A stretch of DNA of 64,000 nt from Blasia pusilla. Lineage: Eukaryota. Shown here one piece after another: positions 51,800 to 62,925 of the stretch. Each line of letters starts with the position of its first letter. The stretch's first letter is position 1. The translations under genes and the position numbers were made by a program. The notes under the pieces were generated by a model. That model was given only the letters and a program-made list of their open reading frames with translations, did not search any database and was not told the DNA's origin. The DNA is taken from NCBI GenBank assembly GCA_050084515.1, contig CM114271.1, positions 42,408,001 to 42,472,000 on the forward strand. The letters are read 5' to 3'.

Positions 51800-51990
51800 T
51801 TGTCTTTAGCTACTACGATTCTTTATTGTAAGCACGGGTCTCCATAGCTTTGCAGCGTGCCCAGGAAAATGAGCCTTTGCGTCCGACTCTGGCGGTTGGA
51901 GACGCCAATGCTAGAGGCTCGCTTAGTAGTAGCCATAGTTCTGTACGTCTTGTTGATATTATCTCTACTGTTGGTGAGTTTGGTCGATAG
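51800..51990 (+). mobile_element. 3'-terminal fragment of another CRE-like non-LTR element
   Basis: RVSIALQRAQ motif, as at the end of the 38820-41000 ORF, followed by a T-rich 3' region. Confidence 0.5.
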
Positions 51991-52999
51991 GGGGAGAAGG
52001 CCCCTTCTTTCTTTTTAGAGCCAGTTTTGGCCTGCAGATTTTTGGCTCTTTATACCCCTCTCCTTTGTATCTCTGATGGGTTTTCCATCAAACGTTTTAT
52101 TGAAGTTTATCTCTCTCTTGTGTAATAGATGGACTTGGCTTCTTGTATTGAATCCTTTAGTCCCTTTTCCTCTTCCTATATGTTGTATCTCATTGTTACA
52201 CTCTGTATCGGGTTAGCTCTTATGGCATTTTGCACTCTTGATAGGATTAGCAATTATAACATTAGCACCATTAGTATTTAATATAGTTTGGATTCATGTA
52301 TGTGGTTTGGTGTATGCACCTTTCGTATTCAATATATTTAATATTCATGTATGTGGTTTATTGTATGCACCCTTAGTATTCAATCTATTTTGTATTCAAT
52401 TGAACACCTATGTATTAATTTGCTCTATATTTTTCACTATTCTGTAACTTTTCAACCTAGATAATGTTTTCACATTTACATTAAAATTGAGATATATATT
52501 TGTAAAATTAAAAAAAACTTATTCTAAACCCATAAGTTTGTATGGGTTGAACCCTCCATTCTAAGAAAACATCCAAACACGACGAAAGCCCTTAAGGGAA
52601 CGATGGGATAACTTTTTTTACATAATCCCAGTTTTGGACCCTAAAGGGCGTAAAAGACTGAGGGACTAAAAATTAATGTCTGAGCCTTCGCCCACTCTCT
52701 TCATCAACTAGCCTTGGCCCTCACATTGGACATGCACTCACTCAAAGGAGAGCAAACACGAAGAAGAGACTCATAAGTTCGTATTCTGAACTTATTCGGA
52801 TTGTATAGACCGTATTTTTGGGATGGCACACTAGTTTTTATTTTTTATATTAATTTATTATAATTTACTATAATCAACTCAAATTCAAACATCTTCCCTT
52901 GTGCAATCTTCTAGAGTCTCTTTTATTTTTATTCATTTGAAAATTTAATTTATTTAAGGTTCATGCCAACCAAATCATGAAAGTTGGTTTGCTCATCAA

Positions 53000-53327
53000 T
53001 GTCACATCTGAGTAGCTGATAGGCCAAGATCTATTGTGGATAGGGTGTAGGAGCCAGCGGACTATCTTGAGTATAACTTTGTCCCACGGTGTCGGATGAG
53101 GTTAAGGATAGGTCCATTATGTCAGGAACATCGTTTCTAACAACTTTCCAGTTGAGATCTTTCACAACCGGGTAACTTGTTAACCAAGTCACCCGCCCCT
53201 GCTAACCTATGCGTGCAGGTTACTGAGGGGATAGCTATTTTTAGGGGAAGAGCCTTTTGGCTCTTCCCAACCCTATATAAGAGAGGAAGATGGCTTTCCT
53301 AAGCCATCTTTCTCATGTTGGGCTATT
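53000..53327 (+). repeat. Proximal half of an A repeat (TGTCACATCT subfamily), interrupted by copy B
   Basis: Matches 39523-39850; contains TATATAA at 53274. Confidence 0.9.
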
Positions 53328-53920
53328 TGTCGTGCAAATCCACATCGTCATACAACATACATCGCTGACATACCATACTCACATACATACATAATATAGA
53401 CGAGAGCATCCACAAACACAAGTGTACCACAACTGAAATCCGTGGAAGACCTACTGTCATAAAACACGTATAGAATCACATACAATTGAGCCAAACCCAC
53501 TCCACGATGGGAGAATCCAAGTCGAAGCTTGCGGGAATCACCATAGCCAAGAGCTCTACTCACTACCAAGGCTAACTCCCAACGCAACAGGCTCAACTCA
53601 AAGAACTAACTGTTCTTTGAGTGCACTCCATACTATATCCTCCAACCTAAGAGCAGGCCCTACTGGAAAAGTCACCCTCAAGTGAGTAACCCCCAACCCT
53701 ATGTATGAAATCGCATCTCTACCTAGACACTATGGCCATACATAAGGTATGGCCTCTACTAGCACACTATACTCTACGACATAATCCGTATGGTCATGAC
53801 AACTGTCGTGCGAATCCACATCGTCATACAACATACATCGCTGACATACCATACTCACATATATACACAACATAGACGAGAGCATCCACAAAGACAAGTG
53901 TACCACAACTCGCCCCCCTA
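53328..53920 (-). repeat. PPT (53920-53911), B1 (53910-53804), GT spacer, A2 (53801-53435), B2 (53434-53328)
   Basis: B1 and B2 are near-identical 107-bp repeats ending GCACGACA; A2 matches 36505-36872. Confidence 0.92.
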
Positions 53921-54356
53921 ATTGGCGGTTAGGTCCCTCTAACTCCCAGGTAGCCCTATACATCTACTACATGCTATAGGGCTACCTGCTAGGTTGCCCC
54001 ATCGTTAGTCGCACATCTGTAATCCATATCATTAAAGAACACGGTCTCACTCCTTGGCACTCACTATGCCTGGCACCCTGCTGGTCCGTAGGAACTCCAA
54101 CACCAATGCATCATCATGAATATCATGCTGATCCATACCACCATCTCCAACCTTAGGATCTGAAGGCTGGCCATCTACCCTCTGACTAGAGTAAGATGTC
54201 ATGTGGTCCTCCATACTAGAGTCCACCCCTAACCAACATAAAAAGGCAGATGCATGCCAACCTGACACCATCTCCTCATCAACCTCGCCATGCCATCTAG
54301 CCCCAGTTGCATCCTCTTGGCTAGTACACGGGTTCCTAGTCAACCCATCAGCATCA

Positions 54357-57004
54357 ATGATGGATGGTTGGTGGCGAGCTCACGGATTGCCTAGGAGCAT
54401 TGTGTCCGATCGAGATCCAAAGTTTACCAGTGCCTTTTGGAAACATCTATTCAGGAGGTTCCGGACCAAACTCAGCTTTAGTACGGCCTTCCATCCTCAA
54501 ACGGATGGGCAAACGGAAAAAGTAAACTCGGTCGTAAACCAATACTTACGGAATTATGTGAGTGCAGACCAGAGAGATTGGGCCAAGTGGTTAAGTATGG
54601 CTGAGTATTGTTACAACTCGACTAAGCATTCTGCAATCGGAGAATCTTTGTTTCTTCTTGCGTATCAAAGAGAACCAAAAGGGCCTCTTGACGTAGCTCT
54701 TTCAAAGGGCGCTACATTGACACACACTCGTCAAGCAACGGCGGAATGTTTGTTAGTGGAAATGCAGGAACGACAAGAGCGAGCAAGGAGAAGTCTCGCC
54801 AAGGCTCAACTAAGATACGTGAAGCATGCTAACAAAAGTCGGCGCCAAGTGAGTTTCCAAGTTGGGGAACAAGTGTGGTTGAGTGTAAAGAATCTCACTC
54901 TTCCGAAGGAATTGTCAGCCAAGTATGCTGGACCATATGTGATCAAGGCAAAGCTGTTTGAGGATGTGTACACATTGGAGCTACCAAACGAGTTCAAGAT
55001 TCACCCGACTTTCCATGTGTCACTATTGAAGAAGTGTCTTCAAGACAATGTGCGTCCGGAGCAAAGGAGGATGTTGAGACCACAACCGGTCAACAGAAAT
55101 GATGAACCAGAGTTCGAGGTTGAGACCATTCTACGTTCCAGACGTAGAGCCACCAAGTACGAGTACTTGGTCAAGTAGAAAGGCTACCGTGTGAAAGAGG
55201 CGACTTGGATTGCGGAGGCGGATCTTCAACACGCGCAAGAAGCATTGCGTGACTTCAGATTGATGCAAGAGAGGCACGTGCGTTAGTACATGGTGAAGCA
55301 ATGGACATAACTTGTGACTGGAAAGCTTGGGTCGATAACCCGGTGTAACTAGAAATGTTAAGTTGTTGCAATAAAGAAGACATGGATTTGGAGATTCGAT
55401 TCTTGTATTGTAATTTTGAGTTTGGTTTGTGCAAGGCAATGAGTATTTCTTCATATGCTTAGGATGTAAGTCAAGGGGACCAAACAATGAGTATTTGAGG
55501 TGAGAGCTTGTATTCAGATAAGGCATCTAGATCATGACCAAGTGTTGAAGTACTAGCATTTGGGCTCGCCCTAACGTCGGCGGGGCAGATGAGTCTGTCT
55601 CGGGGTTTGTGGTGATCTCATTCATGTTGCATGACTGAACTTAGTGACGCGCCTAGGTGGAATACAAGTGACCCAAAAGTAGTACGAGTTGGCTAGGTTG
55701 ACAGGAGGTTGTTTACAAATAGTGAGTGAAGTGTTAAGTTGCAGACTTAGTGAGCTTATTTTGATAGTTTAGATTAGTTCTGCAGAATTGGTCTAGCCTC
55801 ATCGAAAAGAAGAAGCTAATAATTCTAAGTGCTGCAAGCGACAACCTAAGACTTAAGCCAAAAGAGGAATTGCGGGTTAGCTACCAAAACGCGATTCAGT
55901 GTTAAGCTTCCCAGAACTTAACATTAATAAGGTTTGCGTTGATGAGGACATCAACCTTCTAAGGAGGGGTGAGTGTCGCAAACCTCATAACCAAACAACA
56001 CCAAATATGCACCAAACGAAACATCAGAACTCAAAGGAACTCACGCTGCGAGGTTTGCGCTTTGGAGAGGCGTTTGGAAAAGTCTCTTGGAAAAGTCTAA
56101 GAGATGAAACGCGGAACAGAGTTGTGCGATTCATGCGTTAGTGGTCGCGACCAGGAAACCTAGACCAAATGCGAGCCAAGACTTGAGATGAGTTGAGTCT
56201 TGGGAGGTTGGTTGCCAAAGAGGTGAGAACCAGTTTGGAACACGACTAGCGTTTCAGAGAATCTGACTGTGTTTAGGACCATAACCTTGAGCTCCAAGAT
56301 GCGTTTGGGACAAGTAAGGGCGCATTGAAAAGATGATCTTAAGACGCTTTCGACGCACCAAAGATTTCAGCGAACGCATAAGTACAGGCTGAGATATTGG
56401 CCGAAAATGATTGACAGAGAAATCGGGTTGAGGGCCAATTGGAGAGGCCCGAGTGTCTTTCCCTAAATGTAGGGGGCCCACGGAGATCCCCAGAAGTACT
56501 AGTAAGGGAGGACTCTCTCCGAGATATCTCCGAAAACGAATCCCCACTTTGGGCGCCAAACGGCGTTTTAGAGGCACGGGATGGAACGGGAGTTTGGCGT
56601 GGGAACTCGAAACCCAAACCTGATCCAAGGGAGTGGACTTTGTACGCCACACTTGGATCCCAACCCAAGATTCACTTCGTGCAATTCTTGATGAGGAACT
56701 CATTGGATGTCCATCGGACAGTTGGAACCGCTAGGCGCGAAACGCCGTTTCAGGTTCCTGAACCGACCAGAAAGTCTGTCCCAAGTCTTTCGAGATTTGC
56801 CCATGTTGTAAACTGCGAAACTAGGAAGGTTGAGTTTGATGAGAGTCCGAGACGAGAACTCGGAAATTAATCCCGCTGATTGATCCAAGACCCGACTAAC
56901 CAAAGTGCGTGTTTGGATGCAGATCAACGTTGAGAGCGTGACCTATTGAACCCATGCTTCTGCAACAAACAAGATTAACGTTCAACGAGAGTAGGCATAC
57001 GACA
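54357..57004 (+). mobile_element. 3' part of a chromovirus (Tcn1-like): integrase, chromodomain, PPT, 3' LTR (55974-57004)
   Basis: IVSDRDPKF; HPQTDGQTE; YAGPY; HPTFHVSLLK; chromodomain FEVETIL...YLVK*KGY...ATW; PPT AAGGAGGGGTGAG; LTR TGTCG...CGACA. Confidence 0.92.
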
Positions 57005-58037
57005 CTTGATCATCTCCCCAGTGCCACTCCTGATATGATTTCAGCAATTGGTTCAAAGGCTTTGCCATAGCACTAAATCCCTTCACATACCTCCGATAGT
57101 AGTTCGCCAATCCCATGAATGCCCGAACTCTACTCACATCTACCGGACGAGGAATACATGCAATAGCCTCCACCTTTGCTTGTTGAACTCCCAAACCACC
57201 TGGATAGAGCACATGACCCAAATACTCAAAATCCTCATGGAAGAACTTATAGTTTCTTGGATGCAAACGTAGACCATGAGCTTTCAACCGCTAAAACACA
57301 ATCTGCAAATGTATCAAATGCTCCTCCACCGTGTTACTGAACACCAAGATATCATCAATGTATCACCGAACAAAATCCAACCCTGCTAGGATCCTGTCCA
57401 TCACTCTCTGAAACTCGGCATGTGCATTCTTCAACCCAAAGGGTAAGAATTTCCACTGGTACAAACAATCCTTGCCATGAGAGTTGACACCCCAAAATAT
57501 TGTCTTGGCCTTGTCACTCTCTCAAATTGGCAACTGATGGTATCATGCCTGAAGATCCAAAGTTCTGAAAATCTTTGCATGTCTGACCACATCAAAGATC
57601 TCCTCAGGTGTAGGCATGGCATACCTATCGGCCTTGGTCTGCCAATTGATAGGACACTAATCTCCACACATCCGCCTATCCATGTAGTTGCCATGCACAT
57701 CCTTTTTAGTACGCATGATAGTGGCTGATGCATACTCTCCATGCAAAAACTCCACTAATCTAGCCTCCAAAAGGTCCAACATCCTACTCTGAATCAAGTC
57801 CCTCTCCATATCACTATATCGGTAGGGACGACGAAAGATTGGCGAATCACTAGCCAAATCAATCCGTACACCAGGTCCAACCAAAGCACCCAACTCCTTC
57901 ATGCTAAAGGCAAAACAACTCCTATAAGCACGTAGGAATTGTGTCAAGCGTCGTTTCTCACCTCCCCTAAGCTTGGGCCCAAGTAATGGCTCCCAAGTCT
58001 CCTCCACTGGCACACAAGAGGGAGAAGACGACGCCAT
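57005..58037 (-). pseudogene. Reverse transcriptase, copy B
   Basis: FRRPYRYS; MPTPEEIFD; YHQLPI; PFGLKNA; *YIDDIL; EYLGH; RAFMGLANYYRRY. Confidence 0.93.
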
Positions 58038-58269
58038 TGGCTGCTATGCCACCCCTCACAAGATGGTACACCCTTAGCTACACCACCATCTGAGCAAATA
58101 AATCCTCCACCAGCATGAGCAACCAACTCCACATGCCGAGTGATTACATCCCATTTACTCCAAGGATGCAAAATACTATTCTCCTCGGCCCCAGCCGATG
58201 TCTCTACCGTCCTAGTAGCCATCGAGCTCATCACAAGGGGTGGAAGACCCATAGACATAGTCCGAAGTC

Positions 58270-60250
58270 GACGTTGCTCGGCCATACCAAGACTCAAAAT
58301 CCAGGTCAAACAGTTCAGGTCCATGGCCTGACCCAACACATGACGTCGGGAAGCCTCAGAAATGGAAGCAACCGTTGTCACACAAGGAGCAAATCCCATC
58401 GCACGCTCTCTCTCATCAGCATTAGGCTCCACCAACTGTCGCACATGAGAATCCCATACAAGCCCAGCACCACCTTCCCTGTAGGCATGTGACGAGGGAA
58501 AACTCACAAATGTGGGTAGTGCCATCCTAGGCTGGCCCACATGGTTCATCACTACCATGGGTGACCAATCAATAACCCTCACCACCTGAGAAAGTCATCG
58601 AGTATCCAAGATACTATCCACTGTTAGGCAAGGATCCCGCTACACTGCATCATATGCTCGACGTAGAACCTCCCTAGGCAACAAGTTTGTCCACCACAAG
58701 CGTGAACAATGTGTACGCGAGCCAACTCGCGCTGCATCCAACAACATCGCTAGTCCAATCCAAGACCGCACCTCATGAACACTTGCCATCATCCGGGTCA
58801 GAGTGTCACCCAACAATGGAACATTCTCTAGACTGTAAGCTAGAGCACGTGCCTGATGAACTTGAAGATGTCCTAACACCCGCAACATCTCCCAAAACAA
58901 TCGAGGCCTAGAGTCGTGTAATCCCTCACCACGACCAGCACTTGTATGACCCTCACATGGCCATCCAGCAATCACCAAATCCACAGGACCAACCCTCTCA
59001 AGGTCCTACGTGTCACGACCCTCATGACCAAACAAGTGCCAAGCGGAACATCGGAACATTAGCGGGCTCACGCTAAGATGGTTTGCGCATCGGAGTTGTC
59101 TCAAAGAGGAGACAAGAGACGAGACGCGAGCGAGGAGTCGCGTTTCGGGTGTTATGGTCGCGACTGAGAAACCTGGACCAAACGCGGAATGAGACTTGAA
59201 AGAAGTCGAGTCTAGGAAGTGGGTTGCCAAAGGAAAGATCCGGATTTGGAACGCCACTAGCGTTTGAGAGTTTCCGACTGTATTTATGGCCATAACTATT
59301 AGCGCCGAGATGCGTTTGGAGCAAATAAGAGTTCGTTAGGAAGATTATGGAGAGCCGGTCCAAACGCACCAAAGATCGCTGCAAACGCATAAGCAGCGGC
59401 CGAGATACAACCCGAAAACGACTGTAAGTGGAGTCGGGTTGAGGGCCACAATGAAGGGCCCGACCCTCTTTTCCCAAAGGGGAGGGGTTATTGGAGAACC
59501 CCAGAAGTACTAGTAAGGGGGAAGGTCACCGAGAGTGCTTGGAACCCAAACCCCACTTTGGGCGCCATGGGCGGCTCAAGGGCATGGAACGGAACGCGAG
59601 TTTGGGGTTGGGTTGGAAAACCTGCACCAAGTCCAGTGAGGCGATTTTAGACATCCCTCTTGGATTCCACCCCGCGACTCAATTACTTGGATCTCGGTTC
59701 GGAACTCACCCGAGGACCGTTGAACAGTTGGGATCGCTAGGCGCGCAAGTGCCGTTTCAGATCCTTGGACTAACCAGAAAGTCTGTTCCAAGTCTTGAAG
59801 GACTTGCCATGTGTTGGAATCTAGGAACTAAGGAAGGTTGAGCTTGATGAGACGCCGAGTGGAGGACTCGGTGGGTTGGAACGCCGGTTGGCCAAACCCG
59901 ACTAACGAGAGTGCGTGTTTGGGTGCAGATCGGCGATGAGTTTGTGACCTACTGAACGCACGCTTCCGCAACACTAAAGATTGACGTTCAAGGAGAGTAG
60001 GGGCGCGACACTACGCCCCCAACAATGCAATGTGTGACCGCAAAGCAGGCTTGTACCCATGAATAGCTGATGGCGGCAACAACTCAAGATATCTCCACAT
60101 CAAGTGATCAATATGTTGGGATGAGACTCTCTAGGCCATCTCATCTCGCTCCATATACACGTATCTCCGCACAGGAATACCGGCCTGCAACACTGCAGCC
60201 AAACCAGTGCTAATCCCACCATAGAGATCTAACACACAAATGCCCTTCGG
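58270..60250 (-). pseudogene. DNMT3-like C5 methyltransferase, copy B, split by a solo LTR
   Basis: VLDLYGGISTG; YVYMERD; GPVDLVIAGWPCEG; RLFWEMLRVL; YSLENV; LLDAARVGSRTHCSRLWWTNL; ERERAMGF...SRRHVLGQAMD. Confidence 0.92.
59011..60010 (+). mobile_element. Chromovirus-family solo LTR (1000 bp) with 5-bp TSD CTACG
   Basis: CTACG-TGTCACG...CGCGACA-CTACG; homologous to the LTR at 55974-57004. Confidence 0.95.
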
Positions 60251-60567
60251 CGGATACTGCCATACAATGGGTGTAGTATCCAAAGGGGATAACTCAACTG
60301 GACGAGAAGTAGGTGTGCACCGTGGGGCCTCCTCTTCCTCGTGAGGTATAACAGCCTCACACCAAGCCTCTTGCATTAGGCGATCAGCCTCCTGCCGTAG
60401 TGCACCGCTTGAACTCCAAAGTGGCACATCCAACGATGACGATGCCTCTATTGCAAAACTAGGGACCTCCTCTACCTCCTCATGCACAGGAGAATCCATA
60501 GCAAAAAGATTACCCTCCAAAAAGTCTCATGGCCAAGTGACTACTCCACTAAAACCAACCACATATG

Positions 60568-62925
60568 CTAACACCGTTGGGGAAGACCCTCTGGTCGAGC
60601 CCCAAAAATAAATCTTAGAGGAACCTGGCTCATATGTCCATCCTCGGACTGCCAACCAGGTCTATAAGACGTTGTCTTAGTCCAGTAGTCCATCTGAAAA
60701 CCCATCGGGTACAATAATGCTCCTCCAACTAGTACATCATACGACTCCCCTGATGTGACCACTCCAGGTACTCCCAACCTGGAGCTATCAGTCACATGAT
60801 CTGGTCTCAATTGTATAGACAACTTCTCCCATGTCATGAATTGAGACCTATCATTGGCTCCTCCAAGTGATGTTTGAATGTGGAATTAATGGGCAAGGCT
60901 CATGCTCTGACCTCCGAATACCCAAACCAATACATGCCGCCTTTCCCAACATCAAAGGTTGGGCACCAAAGTCTAACAAGACTCTATTTGGTCTATACAC
61001 CTGTCCTGTAGGACTCACCAATCGGAATATCCCACTTCGGTTGTCCAACATATATACACCAGATGTAAGCCTCCACGATCAATGGCTGGCCGGGTTGGTA
61101 ATGTATCCATGTTCGCCGCTGTTGCCTGCCAAGTAGCACTGGTACTCAATGCTACACCTGACATAGAGGGTCACTCCACCGCAACACCCTCATCCACCTC
61201 AACACGTCTAGCAATAATACCCCCACGTTCATACAACGTGGTTGCTAGCTGAAATACAAGAGCTAAGTCAACTCCTAAAGCCATAAGCTCCGTGGCCGAA
61301 AACAATGGGGATCCCAACACTGAAGTTGCCATCCGCAATATTGCACTGGATGTTGCATCCGTGTCTACTACACGCAATATAGATGCCTCAATCCCCACTG
61401 TAGGATCAATAGGCTACGTAGGAACCATGGATGGAGTCCTAAGCACCTCAGACAACAAGAATGACTGGGGAAGCCTAGCCTGCCTCCCTGCCTCACCCTA
61501 TTGTGGGTCCAACTCCACAATAGCACCACGTGGCTCTGACGCTCAAGTGGCTCCTCTCGTAACTGGAGTTGATGCCTCAATCTGTGTTGCACTCCCCATA
61601 TAAGAGAGATCATCCCCTCCATAAGAGGTGGAAGCCCGTGCTCCCGAACGTGCTCTATGCTGGATACCAGCCATAGTAGCTAACTTATGCTCCACCTGCT
61701 CAATCCTGGCGGCCATAGCTGACTCTGTCGTAGTGGTAGGGGTAGCCACCGTAGGCTCTCCAACCACTGGTCCACCTCTACCACCCCGGCCTCTCGGAGC
61801 TACTCCACCACGGCCGCGGCCTTATCTCAACTTTGGATGAAGATCAAAGCAACGCTCTCGAGGATGACCTGGTCTCCTGCAATGATCACACTTCGTTGGG
61901 GCTAACTGAGGTCCATCCTCCCAAGTCCATCTCCCATCCTCTTGGGGACAAAACCTCCTAACATGATCACCTCCACATGTCCAACATGATTCTCCTTCCT
62001 GCGGGGCAACAAATGAAGGCAATGGTCTTTGCAAAAGTGTCCCTCTAGGACCTGACTGAGGTCGTGTGTACCCCCACGACTCCCACTACTACTACCACCA
62101 CCACTACTAGGAGATTTTGAGGTGGACTGCTGAACACGAGAAGTAGTAGTTGTATCCCTACTGAATACGGATGTCACCACTCTCTCCTCCACCATGTCAA
62201 GCTCAATCTTCTCAAATAGAGCAAACACATGGGTCAATGTGGGTGAATCATCACTCATAAGAGTAGCATCACGTACCCTACGGCGCAACTCTCTGTTCAA
62301 GATCCCATACCAAAACTGGACTGTCTGAGCCTCAGTCACACCCTGGGTAACTGAAATCAAGCGTCGCATACGAGTTTATGCCTCATGAAGACTCTCACCA
62401 ATCTTTCGCTCAAATTCGTGAAGACTCCTCTACTTCTCTGTCTTCACTCCCTGATAGTTCTTCTTCAACCTCTTGAAGAACTCTGCAACCGAGCTGAATG
62501 ATGGTGGGGCAATAGTACCTCCACTAGTACCCCCACTGGTACCTCCATGGGTACCTCCACTCGTACCCCCACTACGGCTCGTACTCGTACCACTCAACGT
62601 CGGGCTGGCTGGCATAGTAAAAGCACTACTACCAATACCACAAAGGTGATAGACATATAGCCTGGAGACCAATATTGTCTCCACGCCTCAATCTCAGCAA
62701 CATGGTCCTTCCTGAACTCATGTTAATCATCCATGGGTGGTCCGTCCAAGTGCTGAAACAACCCCTTCCAAACCAAGAAAGGTGTAAACAACGTGGCGTT
62801 CCGCAACATCTGCATATCACACCACGTATCAAACTCAATCGTGCCCAGTGCACTCGAGTATCAACCTCCTCGATCAATCCATACTTTTGGTATCTACACC
62901 CATCAAGTGCCAAACTCACCGTCAT
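60568..62925 (-). pseudogene. gag and protease, copy B
   Basis: Zinc knuckles at about 61850-61990; protease LLDFGAQPLMLG...SYDVLVGG...SYRPGW, colinear with copy A. Confidence 0.82.

Larger units (their letters stand above)
53328..62925 (-). mobile_element. DNMT3-carrying gypsy-like element, copy B (integrase deleted; two chromovirus insertions)
   Basis: gag with CWTCGGDH and CDHCRRPGHPRERC; PR LLDFGAQPLMLG; MTase; RT; RH tail joined to the 3'UTR at about 54032; PPT; B1-A2-B2. Confidence 0.9.

Noticed and set aside
53328-53910. B-A-B read as a TRIM (short LTRs B around an internal region A)
   Set aside because: A has no PBS after B1. A occurs alone at element 5' ends with a TATA box, and the TSD-flanked solo is A-B, not B or B-A-B.
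54201-55178. 325-aa ORF as one gene
   Set aside because: It is chimeric: the first ~52 codons are antisense to copy B, and only the remainder is chromovirus integrase.
58270-60250. Host DNMT3 gene disrupted by TEs
   Set aside because: It is intronless and sits in the same post-protease position in several diverged element copies.
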